In this document: one piece after another, positions 31,067-39,933 of the stretch
How positions within the stretch are numbered: the stretch's first letter is position 1
Layout of the letters: every line of letters begins with the position of its first letter
Virus record (IMG/VR): IMGVR_UViG_3300031974_004257
Coordinates: 1-60,116 of that record
Strand: one strand, 5' to 3'
Source: a virus
Taxonomy: Duplodnaviria > Caudoviricetes
DNA length: 60,116 bases
Notes under the pieces: model-generated
Database searches by the model: none
Seen by the model: only the letters and a program-made list of their open reading frames with translations
What the model was told of the DNA's origin: nothing
Translations under genes and position numbers: made by a program

Positions 31067-32362
31067 TTATGGTAAATCAATATCCGGCATTTCTCGTGCT
31101 TTTCGGTCTCGTTCTTGAGCTTCTGGATTGCCGGCATCTGATGCCCTCTCGAAGAAAGCCCTTCTAAAAAACTCTGTTTCAGGATCTTTGCTTACTTTCC
31201 TTTTATTTCCCTTGGCAAGCATTTGATTCGTCGTTGCTATTCCCGAAGAGTCTACTAAGTATTCAAAATGTAGGTGGGAACCGTCTCTTCCAGGTTGTTT
31301 TGTCTTGACTCCGCTGTTTCCTCCACTTCCTATTGTCTGACCACGAACAACCCGCTGGTCTTTTTTTACGGTGATACCCCTATGTGAATCTGTGCCCAAG
31401 TGTGCGAATAGAGTATAGAACACCACTGGATCGCCATTAATCTCCAAAGAATATCTAGTGTGTTTAAGGACAATTGTATTGCCATAACCAGAAAGGGGCG
31501 AAGCCCACACCACTACACCATCCAAAGGTGCCATTATAGCATCCCCGATTGAACATTCATAATCTGTGCCCAGGTGTGGCTGGGGTCTTCTATAGTGTGC
31601 TTGTTTTCTTATTTTGCCCCATGGCGAGTTAACTTTATATGGAGCATCGACAGGATATCTGGGGAATGTAATTTTCTTGTTTTGTGATATGGCTTCTTTT
31701 TTTATTTTATTTAAGTTAAAATCAGCCATATTACCAACAATCAAACATGGGTCCTGGGCTATATTATCAACGTTAGAATCTTTGGGCAAAGGAGGTAATG
31801 ACATATTTGTACACCTCCGACCTTCAATGAAGTCTCCTAGACTGTTCATGTGTCCTGACCTGCCTAATATTACTGCCGTATCGAGATAGCTAGAATATTG
31901 ACCTTGAGTATCTTTTATTTGTACGTCTACTATGTCCCCAGACTGAAGTGGGGAAGCACTTTCACCAACAGGTATATCATGCTTTGCTAAAGGATGAAGA
32001 CTGATACGCTCCTCATCTTGAGAATTTCTGGGTTCAGGAATCCAGTAATGTCTTCTGTCACTTAAAACACGAAATCTTACTAGTTGAGATTTGTTTTGTG
32101 TGTCTTGACCCTCAGCAAGAACATAAAAAGGTTCATAACCTTCTTCAACTTTAAGAATCTGAGCTAGGACAATATTTTTATCTTTTGAGGTATTCGCCGT
32201 GTGGTGGAGACGAATCATGTTCTTTAGAGTGCCTAAAGGTGTGGAACGCTCAAGGTCCCATGCTGGGGTCTGAGTGCTTTCGTTAACTACTTCGCTCTCT
32301 AGAAACCTCTCTGCTTTTTCTTTAGTGAGGATGTCGCCCGCAGGCTTGGCTCCGTCAGCCAT
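31067..32362 (-). CDS. M23-family peptidoglycan endopeptidase, probably tail associated
   Basis: 431 aa. C-terminal M23 motifs HLGTD (HxxxD), GYGNTIVLKH, YTLFAHL and HLHFE (HxH). N-terminal ~170 aa non-catalytic. Confidence 0.85.
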   Translation of the reverse strand: MADGAKPAGDILTKEKAERFLESEVVNESTQTPAWDLERSTPLGTLKNMIRLHHTANTSKDKNIVLAQILKVEEGYEPFYVLAEGQDTQNKSQLVRFRVLSDRRHYWIPEPRNSQDEERISLHPLAKHDIPVGESASPLQSGDIVDVQIKDTQGQYSSYLDTAVILGRSGHMNSLGDFIEGRRCTNMSLPPLPKDSNVDNIAQDPCLIVGNMADFNLNKIKKEAISQNKKITFPRYPVDAPYKVNSPWGKIRKQAHYRRPQPHLGTDYECSIGDAIMAPLDGVVVWASPLSGYGNTIVLKHTRYSLEINGDPVVFYTLFAHLGTDSHRGITVKKDQRVVRGQTIGSGGNSGVKTKQPGRDGSHLHFEYLVDSSGIATTNQMLAKGNKRKVSKDPETEFFRRAFFERASDAGNPEAQERDRKAREMPDIDLP

Positions 32363-32363
32363 A

Positions 32364-32654
32364 CTATTCCTCCTTTATGATATCAAATAATTGTTTCTTA
32401 TCATCTTCGGATAATCCAGCTTGATGATTTACTTGATCTTTTTTGTAAACTAGTGTTGCTAGTTTAACCAACTGCTCGTTGCTTCTTTGTAGTGTTTCTA
32501 CAAATTTGGCAGCCGTAGCACCAGAATCAGAATAACGCTCTTTGGCGACGCTCATGTACTCCTTTAAATTGTCTAAAAGGAGTTCTGTTTCTTGTCGGTC
32601 CCTGTTAATGTTATCTAGGGCTTGTTCAATTAAGGAGTTAAGATCTTTTTTCAT
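32364..32654 (-). CDS. Hypothetical helical protein
   Basis: 96 aa, coiled-coil-like. Its end carries the GGAGG SD for the M23 gene. Confidence 0.7.
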   Translation of the reverse strand: MKKDLNSLIEQALDNINRDRQETELLLDNLKEYMSVAKERYSDSGATAAKFVETLQRSNEQLVKLATLVYKKDQVNHQAGLSEDDKKQLFDIIKEE

Positions 32655-32669
32655 ACCATAAATAGGATG

Positions 32670-33359
32670 CTAGGTAATTTCTCCCTCGTTCCATTTTTTC
32701 TTGAACGTCCTGTATCTTTCTCTCATTTTATTCAAGGCGCTAACAATCTGCTTTGTATTAAGACCAGTAATCTCTCTCATATACAAATACACTGCTTTTT
32801 TATTAAAAATTTCTATCTGCTCTATATTTTCCATCAAAGTCAGTACGGCGTCCAAAACTTTCTGTTCGTTTGGTTTTAATTTTAATTTTTGCCAACTGTT
32901 AATTTCGGTTAACAGTGAGTTCCAAAACTCTCTTTCTTCAATCTCATCCATCAAATTACTTTCAGAACTTGATGATACTGCTTCTACCTCTCGGACCATT
33001 TCATCGTAATTAACTTCACGACGATTTTTCTTAGTTTGTTTTTTAGCCTTGTGGGTGAACCAGTTCTTTGTTACAACTGAGAAATATGAAAAAGCTTTCT
33101 TACCTTGGGAGGGGTCGAACTTGCCTAGAATAGTTGTGAGCCAAATCTTACAATCGTCCTTATGATATTCTATATTCTCTAGAGACGTGAACTTATAGGT
33201 GTAAACAATTTTATTTACTAGTTCATCAAAAGCAGGCTGGATATGTTCTATGTAAAGTTGTGATCTTTCCGACAAACTATCCGTATTACAGTAGTCAACT
33301 ATTGCTTTCTCTGTGATTTCTGTAAAGTAATAATTATTCTTTTTCTTTTTTCTAGGCAT
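32670..33359 (-). CDS. Phage RNA polymerase sigma factor (T4 gp55-like, late transcription)
   Basis: 229 aa. Basic N-terminus with NYYF; sigma region 2-like KFDPSQGKKAFSYFSVVTKNWF; C-terminal HTH-like LYMREITGLNTKQIVSALNKM. Confidence 0.75.
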   Translation of the reverse strand: MPRKKKKNNYYFTEITEKAIVDYCNTDSLSERSQLYIEHIQPAFDELVNKIVYTYKFTSLENIEYHKDDCKIWLTTILGKFDPSQGKKAFSYFSVVTKNWFTHKAKKQTKKNRREVNYDEMVREVEAVSSSSESNLMDEIEEREFWNSLLTEINSWQKLKLKPNEQKVLDAVLTLMENIEQIEIFNKKAVYLYMREITGLNTKQIVSALNKMRERYRTFKKKWNEGEIT

Positions 33360-33651
33360 CAGGATTCTCAGTCGTAAGTTGTTCGTTAATTTCCAAGAAC
33401 TGCTGGATCTCGTCTGCCATCTCAGAAGTATGATTAAGCAACTTTTCTAAGATTGGTTCCCCATAGAAGACGTCTTTATTGTACACTTCTGTAAGGTGTG
33501 TCTCGTAAGATGCCATCGAAGACAGTATTGACCTAGTTTCATCATTTGTCATTTCAAGATAATTTAAAAGATTTCTAGTGTACCAGACGAACACCAGATT
33601 AACAACTAAAGATGAAACAAGACCTGCGGCTAATAGTATTTCTAAAATCAT
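33352..33651 (-). CDS. Small membrane-anchored hypothetical protein
   Basis: 99 aa with N-terminal hydrophobic helix ILEILLAAGLVSSLVVNLVFVWY. TAATG-coupled to the upstream gene. Confidence 0.7.
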   Translation of the reverse strand: MILEILLAAGLVSSLVVNLVFVWYTRNLLNYLEMTNDETRSILSSMASYETHLTEVYNKDVFYGEPILEKLLNHTSEMADEIQQFLEINEQLTTENPDA

Positions 33652-33911
33652 TATTTTTTGTAAATTCTTTTCTTTTGCTTTTTCTTAAAAGATTGAATTT
33701 CTTCACGCCCCTCTTCAATAGCTTTACGAACTTCAGTTCCAGCTTGATCTTTGATATTATAACATTTTTTTACTGTTTGTAAAACCTTAGAAAGATTTTT
33801 CTTTAAATTCTCAGACTTACAACTTGGACATTGAACATTTTTAGCTCCGTAAGCATGTCGAATATCTACGTTCAGCTTACAATCTAAACAGTCATAAGAA
33901 TATAAAGGCAT
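33651..33911 (-). CDS. FmdB-family zinc-ribbon protein
   Basis: 86 aa. MPLYSYDCLDC...CPSCKS gives the MPxYxYxCxxC...CPxC signature. Confidence 0.85.
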   Translation of the reverse strand: MPLYSYDCLDCKLNVDIRHAYGAKNVQCPSCKSENLKKNLSKVLQTVKKCYNIKDQAGTEVRKAIEEGREEIQSFKKKQKKRIYKK

Positions 33912-34087
33912 TATTCTGTTTCAAAAACCTGTGTTTTTACGCTTGGTGGGTTCATCACAACAATATTACCAGCGTCGTCTACATCTAGATTCCAATCAGA
34001 CAAAAGCTCAGTAATGTCTGTTTCTTCTGCTAGACACTTCTGAAGCGTCATCAGCAGTGCCCCAATCGCTTGAGTTGAAAGTTTCAT
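33911..34087 (-). CDS. Small hypothetical protein (58 aa), missing from the ORF track
   Basis: MKLSTQAIGALLMTLQKCLAEETDITELLSDWNLDVDDAGNIVVMNPPSVKTQVFETE*. Strong SD AAAGGAG, TAATG overlap with FmdB, and it fills the gap exactly. Confidence 0.8.
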   Translation of the reverse strand: MKLSTQAIGALLMTLQKCLAEETDITELLSDWNLDVDDAGNIVVMNPPSVKTQVFETE

Positions 34088-34088
34088 T

Positions 34089-34421
34089 TTATTCTCCTTT
34101 GTTTTCCTCTAGAAAAAAGAATTCTCTAGAATTAATAGCTTTATCACATATAAAGAGGTCATAGTATGGTTTTCCAACAAAGATACCATTATTTAACGCA
34201 CCCCATTCTTCAAGTTGTTGTTTAGTTAATTCTTCCCAATCTAGACCTGTCTTAGAACCCCTGGCTGTCCAGTAGACAATCTCATGTCCCTTATTGTATA
34301 GTGAGTTTATTTTAGAGATATTTTCTCTAATAGGAACAGCCTGGCTATAATCTTTTGGCTTATCCGCAGAACCATTTGGGTGCTCACATATTGTCTCATC
34401 TATGTCTACATAGATAATCAT
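34089..34421 (-). CDS. Small HAD-superfamily phosphatase (capsule-biosynthesis type)
   Basis: Start revised to ATG 34421 (TAATG coupling). Motifs IIYVDIDETIC (DxD), YWTARG, GKP and CDKA; capless HAD. Confidence 0.8.
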   Translation of the reverse strand: MIIYVDIDETICEHPNGSADKPKDYSQAVPIRENISKINSLYNKGHEIVYWTARGSKTGLDWEELTKQQLEEWGALNNGIFVGKPYYDLFICDKAINSREFFFLEENKGE

Positions 34422-35077
34422 TATTTTCCATCCGTATTCATAAAGTGCTGCGGAAGGGGCTTGGTAAATTGTCGTTTTTCTACCCTCTTGGCGAAACAAG
34501 CCATCAGAGCATCATTTGGGATAGTAGGATGATAAGAGCCTGCTTGTTCCTGAAAGTCTAGGCTGTTTGGCGAAGAAAATTTTAAATATGTATTATTAGA
34601 AGAATATTCTTGCCAAATTCTGGATAGTCTAGTCTTAGTGGCACTATACAGTATATTGAACCCATTTGCGTTATAAAAATCTCTAAAAAGAGCGGGGCTC
34701 AAAGAATAAAAACCACGACCATAGAATCCAGAAATATTTGAAGTATGTAAAACTTTACCATCTTCCTTTAGAAGGTTAATGATATTTTCCCAAACAGTGG
34801 CGATATCGAAACAACAATACAATGTGCCTGAATCTATCACCCAATCGTATGACCCCTTTAGGTTTTCTGGGATTTTTTCGTTTAGGTTTATTTTGTGAGT
34901 TGGATTCCCAACCACGTCAAAAGTATGTACCTTGTCAAACCCTAAATCACTACCAAATTTTTCCAGAGAGGAGTAGCCACTTATGTTACAATCTCCAAGA
35001 ATTGCACACGAATTTCCCCCAGGGTTCTCGCTTCTTAATTTCTGTATGAGACTCAAGTCTTCTACTTCAATAGCCAT
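34421..35077 (-). CDS. Class I SAM-dependent methyltransferase-like protein
   Basis: 218 aa. INLNEKIP...YDWVIDSGTLYCCFD...LLKEDGKVLH...GFYSLSP matches methyltransferase-fold proteins of glycan clusters. Confidence 0.55.
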   Translation of the reverse strand: MAIEVEDLSLIQKLRSENPGGNSCAILGDCNISGYSSLEKFGSDLGFDKVHTFDVVGNPTHKINLNEKIPENLKGSYDWVIDSGTLYCCFDIATVWENIINLLKEDGKVLHTSNISGFYGRGFYSLSPALFRDFYNANGFNILYSATKTRLSRIWQEYSSNNTYLKFSSPNSLDFQEQAGSYHPTIPNDALMACFAKRVEKRQFTKPLPQHFMNTDGK

Positions 35078-35910
35078 GACGACTTTCTCCTTTGATAGAA
35101 ATCATCTATCATTAATTTAATTTGTTCAATATTTGGATTTTCTATCTCAATATTATAAAATAATTCTTCCTCTTGTTTTTCCTGAGAAATGTCATCGTAT
35201 TTTATTTGCTCAAAGTATGAGTGATATTCTCTATACGCCTGATAAAGGTCGTGTAGGCTTACTCTATAACACTTTTCGTTAAAAATATAGTCATCAGTAG
35301 TGCCTAGAGAAGAGGTTATTTTTTCTACCACGTCGCTCACAGGGACAAAATATCTAACCATATTTCTATCGCTTACAGAAATTGGCTTATTTTGAGTTCT
35401 TTGTTTGTCCCAGATATCCAAAACGCTACCCGTTGAGAAAAAGAAGTTAACTCCTTGAAAAACAGAAAATCCATGTTCCAGTAATATTTTCTCTGTTAAA
35501 TATTTTGTAACCCCGTAAACACAAGAAGGGTTAGTAGCCTTGTCTGTACTTATGCCAATTACGTTTTTAACATTATTTTCTATGGCAGCATCGATAATAT
35601 TCTTAGTCCCCAGAACATTCACTTCTATAGCTCGGGTAGGATTATCCTCACATATTCTCACATGCTTCATTGCTGCTGTATGAATTATAAAATCAATACT
35701 ATGATTTTTAACTATTTGACAAATTCGACTTTTAGTATTAGAAATATCAAGGTTATAAACATGTAACCGTTCACTATTTTCAGAAAAAGAAATTTCTTGA
35801 TAACGAGACTCAGAATGAGCTAATCCGACCACTGAATGACCCAATTTCAACAGATGAGAAACTAGTTCTCTCCCTAGGAAACCGGCAGCGCCAGTAATTA
35901 ATATATTCAC
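35062..35910 (-). CDS. NDP-sugar 4,6-dehydratase (PseB/CapD, Polysacc_synt_2-like SDR)
   Basis: 282 aa. Motifs ILITGAAGFLG, HTAAMKHV, NVLGT, ISTDKA and YGVTK. Confidence 0.85.
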   Translation of the reverse strand: MNILITGAAGFLGRELVSHLLKLGHSVVGLAHSESRYQEISFSENSERLHVYNLDISNTKSRICQIVKNHSIDFIIHTAAMKHVRICEDNPTRAIEVNVLGTKNIIDAAIENNVKNVIGISTDKATNPSCVYGVTKYLTEKILLEHGFSVFQGVNFFFSTGSVLDIWDKQRTQNKPISVSDRNMVRYFVPVSDVVEKITSSLGTTDDYIFNEKCYRVSLHDLYQAYREYHSYFEQIKYDDISQEKQEEELFYNIEIENPNIEQIKLMIDDFYQRRKSSWLLK

Positions 35911-35922
35911 CTACACAACTCC

Positions 35923-36672
35923 TTAAAAACAACTAGCTTCTGCTGGAACTAAAAAAGTCTTATTAATCTGATCAAATACTTCAGATGCCGCTTCTTCTTC
36001 AGTATAAAACCCTTCGATACTACTATCCCAAGCGTAATACCCTCGTTGATGCTCCTCAAGATTGATACTAGTGTAACACTGTAATAGCATATCTTTTAGT
36101 TCTGAATTTACCTTATATTGGTAATACTTATGCGGTACTTTTATACCGTATTGGATTCCTTCCAGAGCATGACAGTTCATATCATTAACTAAATGGGTTT
36201 TATGGATTCTTTTTGCCGAGGTTTGATTTGTAGTCATGGCAAAATAAGGAATTGTCATAAAAGAGAAGTAAGAAAAAGGTATATTGTTATTAGTACAATA
36301 TGATCTAACCACACTGTATAACTGTTTATGCTGAACATGGAGATGCTCGTCGCCGTAAAATGAATGAGTAATTATCATATCATAATCTAAGGACCCCAAA
36401 TTAACCAAGCCCTGACTCAGCACTTGTTCAGCAGAATCTATTAATACTCCACCTACTTTCACAAGTTCATTTTGAGTATGATGCCATGAAGAAATATTTA
36501 AAATGTCCATGACTTTCCTGAAAGAGGAAGACCTCTCGGGATCTAATCCCCCAGTCATACACAAAACACTAACATCTACGCCCTCTGTTTGACTAAGCAG
36601 ACTTAAAATGCCACCAATCCACAAAGATTCATCATCAGGATGAGCTACAACAAACAAAACTTTTTTATTCAT
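35923..36672 (-). CDS. PIG-L family N-deacetylase
   Basis: 249 aa with VVAHPDDE and ITH...H..H metal-binding motifs. Confidence 0.85.
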   Translation of the reverse strand: MNKKVLFVVAHPDDESLWIGGILSLLSQTEGVDVSVLCMTGGLDPERSSSFRKVMDILNISSWHHTQNELVKVGGVLIDSAEQVLSQGLVNLGSLDYDMIITHSFYGDEHLHVQHKQLYSVVRSYCTNNNIPFSYFSFMTIPYFAMTTNQTSAKRIHKTHLVNDMNCHALEGIQYGIKVPHKYYQYKVNSELKDMLLQCYTSINLEEHQRGYYAWDSSIEGFYTEEEAASEVFDQINKTFLVPAEASCF

Positions 36673-37732
36673 GGGTCGGACTCCTTAAATTGTCACAGAA
36701 AACTAAAAACCTGTCCATGTCGTTGACATGACCATGACCATGACGACTAGGGACCCATGGCAAGTTTACATAGTGTGCCGGCACTCTACTAACAAGATCA
36801 TCGGTATTTATCAACTGACCGTCGAAAACTTGACCATGAACAGCATATAGATTGGAAAAATAGTTTTTTAAAAGAAGAAGCGATGACTCTTCTTTTAACA
36901 ATTCTGCTTGTGGAGTCTTGTCCGGCTCAAAACTTTGATAATTCTCGACAGCATATATGAGTGACTTATGAGCCTCATCATATGAATCAAACAGCACAGA
37001 GTTTTTAGGCGTAAGAAAATCTCTTGCGCTACCATGTTGATTTGACCAAATAACTGTAGGCAGACCACACAACATTCCCTCAGGTATTACTCCTGGGAAT
37101 CCTTCCATTTCAGAAAACAAGGTATTAACTTTTGATGACTGGTAGAAGAAGGCTAATTGTTTTTTACTTAACCCTTTAAACTCTAAATCTTTACCTAGAC
37201 GAAGTAAGGTAAACATATCCCTTTCCTTGTCGCTGAAGTGGTTGTAGTATACATCGGCAATGTCGATAAAATGATCTTGCTCTGTCTCTTCCTCTCTTGA
37301 AGCACATACCAGTAAAATATTATACTCGTAACCTAAATCATATATTTTTTTAACTTCCCTCATAAACGTTTGAAGCTTTTTAACATTTCCGTTCCTAGAG
37401 ACGTTAATAATATCCCAATACTTTTGAGCCTTTTCGTTCTTATGGAACTTTGAAGAAGTAAAATTACCACTAGCTAAAGGTATATGGAACATGTTAGGGT
37501 TACGATCGCTAATATCTACTACAGATGGTAAACCCATATAAAATGAATATGGGGCTGTAAGATTAGAACCCTTTGAAAAGCCACCATAATGAACTCCAAC
37601 AAAATAGTCTTCTGTAATCTTGTGTAGTTTTTCTCGGGCGTGTATGTTTGTGGAAATCCAATTCGCCTCAAGATGAGTCAAAACAATTATGCCCTTACTC
37701 GTCTCGGTAGGATGTTTAAATATGTGTGCCAT
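36665..37732 (-). CDS. GT-B fold (GT4-like) glycosyltransferase
   Basis: 355 aa. VSRNGNVKK and SEMEGFPGVIPEGMLCGLP give the EX7E motif. Confidence 0.75.
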   Translation of the reverse strand: MAHIFKHPTETSKGIIVLTHLEANWISTNIHAREKLHKITEDYFVGVHYGGFSKGSNLTAPYSFYMGLPSVVDISDRNPNMFHIPLASGNFTSSKFHKNEKAQKYWDIINVSRNGNVKKLQTFMREVKKIYDLGYEYNILLVCASREEETEQDHFIDIADVYYNHFSDKERDMFTLLRLGKDLEFKGLSKKQLAFFYQSSKVNTLFSEMEGFPGVIPEGMLCGLPTVIWSNQHGSARDFLTPKNSVLFDSYDEAHKSLIYAVENYQSFEPDKTPQAELLKEESSLLLLKNYFSNLYAVHGQVFDGQLINTDDLVSRVPAHYVNLPWVPSRHGHGHVNDMDRFLVFCDNLRSPTHE

Positions 37733-37745
37733 TTTGACCTCTAAA

Positions 37746-38468
37746 TTAATGTGGTCTGCAGTGTAACAGAACCACCTTTCTTTGTTTATTTTCTTCTAGT
37801 ATAATACTACCATAATGCAGAATGTCTGTATGTACAATAATGAGGTCACCAATATTTCCACCATAAGTTACAGCATCCTCCTGGCAATACTTAGGGCTTT
37901 CATCGTAATCTGATGGTTGATGCCTATATCCATTATTCCAACCTGACATATCTTGGATGTTCATTTTTTCTGTTCTATATCTCTTGCCCTCATCTCGGCT
38001 GCCAGGTATAGCATGAAAAGCCCCATTAGTTTTATCTGTATCTGTTAGATAAAGAATAAACTTAAGCGATTCATATGGATCAAAATGTAACAAAGCATTA
38101 CGAGGATACTTTTCTTTATCAGTAATCGGGTTGTACTCGGTTGACATAAATATCTGCATACCGTAAGTATTTTGACCCAGACATCCATTAGTAATATTTA
38201 TCAAATCCTGATTTTGAAAAGTACTATAAATCTGTGGGATATTTGAGTAGGCTGCTGGTTGAACTCTTAAATGTTTGCCCAACTCATAAGATCCTGGGGG
38301 TTCAAGATCTAAACTATTAGCCCTATTCAAGTAGGCTTGACTTCTATCAGGTATATGCGAAAAGATAGTGTCAAACTCATCTACCACTGGTTTCTTGTTT
38401 TTTAGGAAGTCTTTTACAACAAATATTCCTGTTTTATTTACCTCTTCTATGATTTGTTGTACATCCAT
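37746..38468 (-). CDS. Fe(II)/2-oxoglutarate dioxygenase (PhyH-like)
   Basis: 240 aa. LHFD (HxD), YLTD...NGAFHAIPGS, GDLIIVHTDILHYG (distal His) and a terminal R. Confidence 0.8.
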   Translation of the reverse strand: MDVQQIIEEVNKTGIFVVKDFLKNKKPVVDEFDTIFSHIPDRSQAYLNRANSLDLEPPGSYELGKHLRVQPAAYSNIPQIYSTFQNQDLINITNGCLGQNTYGMQIFMSTEYNPITDKEKYPRNALLHFDPYESLKFILYLTDTDKTNGAFHAIPGSRDEGKRYRTEKMNIQDMSGWNNGYRHQPSDYDESPKYCQEDAVTYGGNIGDLIIVHTDILHYGSIILEENKQRKVVLLHCRPH

Positions 38469-38469
38469 G

Positions 38470-39933
38470 TTACTGCTCCAATTTACACTTTACTTTTCTC
38501 TCGTCTACAGACTTTCGTAGAATTGTGGGATCAGTATAAATAGAGTCGCCCTTATGGTGAGTTGTTGAAACCTCCTCGATGACACAACCACCTCTGGTTT
38601 TAAAAGCATGAGGGACATTCCTAGCAATCAAAAATGGTTCTCCGGGCTTTAGTTCAATCACCTTACCTTTAATTAAGAGCAGACAATCACCATGAATTAA
38701 TTCAAATGTTTCCTCTTTCCGAATATGGTAGTGTTCTGGGTGTTTTTGATTTGGCAACATAACAATAATCTTTTTACAGTATTCTCTGTTTACCTTGTCA
38801 ATAATGAAAGCACCATAGTTTTCAAAATTCTCGATACCGTAATGGCAGGATATTTCACATTTATCTCTAGGAGTAATATGAACACTTGTTTTTTCTAAGA
38901 TATTCTTGACGGCATCACAAATTGGCTTTACTTGATCGGTCATGGTGAAGTTAAAATAACTTTCCATCAATGACTGGTTGGTGAGCACTTCTTCAGTTAC
39001 TGTAGACCCCAACACAGAATCAATTTGTGATACATCTAGTTGCCCCTTTTGGCATGGCATTGCGTAAAAAAGATCTTCCTCAGAAATTGTATGTCCAACA
39101 GTTAAATCTTTGTTCACATAAATTCCTCTTTTTAGATTTCTTAGAGCCTCTTTTTGTGTGGTGGATTTTCCCTCATACGCCTCTTGAAACCTAAGAAGAC
39201 TTTTTATCATTTCCTCATATTGGTCTTTTGTACATGAATATGCGTTTAGACTAATTGAATCAGTTTCTTTGCCTATGTGCTTTTCAAAAATAGTACACCC
39301 CATAGCACTAGCATAAGGAGCAAGTGATTCCTCATCTGGCGACTCATGAGTAGAAAAACCAATCTCAATGTCAGGAAAATTCTCCTTCAAGACATTAATC
39401 CTAGCTAGATCTGCGTGTTTAGATGATGTAGGATAATCAGCAACACAGTGCATGAAAGCAAAATCTCTATTGTTTGATTTAAAAAGATTATAGACCCTTT
39501 GAAGGTTAGGAATATCTGCTCCAGCAGTAGAGAAGATTATTTTTCTTTGAACTTTAGCCACAGCCCTAAGTAAAGGCCAGTCATCAGATGAGCAGCTAGC
39601 AATCTTTAAAATATCTACATCCAGTTCATCAAAAAGACTTAATGACTCGTTGTCAAAGGGAGTAGCAACGGTTTTCATGCCCTTGGTCTTAGCATAATTT
39701 AAGATTTCTCTAAAGTCTTCCACTTCCAGACGAGTCTCATTAAACCTTTTGACATATTTCAAATCAGACTGTTTATAGTCTGGGTGTATAAACGTGTCTA
39801 GGTTTCTAAATTGAACTTTCAGTCCTACGTTTAAATCATATTCTTTTGTTACTTGCTCAAAGTCATCAATAATGGCTTTAGCATGACTAACACTACCTTG
39901 GTGGTTGTTTGCCATTTCTAAGATAAAAAACAT
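38470..39933 (-). CDS. neuB: Nonulosonic (sialic) acid synthase NeuB with SAF and C-terminal cupin domain
   Basis: 487 aa. LEMANNHQG, KVQFR, TPFD, KIAS, STAG, HCVADYPT, GFSTHE, FEKH; SAF domain; cupin PEHYHIRKEETF...HAF...EEVST. Confidence 0.9.
   Translation of the reverse strand: MFFILEMANNHQGSVSHAKAIIDDFEQVTKEYDLNVGLKVQFRNLDTFIHPDYKQSDLKYVKRFNETRLEVEDFREILNYAKTKGMKTVATPFDNESLSLFDELDVDILKIASCSSDDWPLLRAVAKVQRKIIFSTAGADIPNLQRVYNLFKSNNRDFAFMHCVADYPTSSKHADLARINVLKENFPDIEIGFSTHESPDEESLAPYASAMGCTIFEKHIGKETDSISLNAYSCTKDQYEEMIKSLLRFQEAYEGKSTTQKEALRNLKRGIYVNKDLTVGHTISEEDLFYAMPCQKGQLDVSQIDSVLGSTVTEEVLTNQSLMESYFNFTMTDQVKPICDAVKNILEKTSVHITPRDKCEISCHYGIENFENYGAFIIDKVNREYCKKIIVMLPNQKHPEHYHIRKEETFELIHGDCLLLIKGKVIELKPGEPFLIARNVPHAFKTRGGCVIEEVSTTHHKGDSIYTDPTILRKSVDERKVKCKLEQ

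Noticed and set aside
22032-32362. Bacterial contractile injection system or tailocin instead of a phage
   Set aside because: The context has a gp55-like sigma, PhoH, a solo Cas4-like nuclease and no bacterial housekeeping genes over 60 kb. Capsid and terminase genes are not in the window, so this is rejected on context only.
34422-34499. N-terminal extension of the HAD phosphatase
   Set aside because: It overlaps the upstream gene. The HAD motif I begins right after ATG 34421, which is TAATG-coupled.
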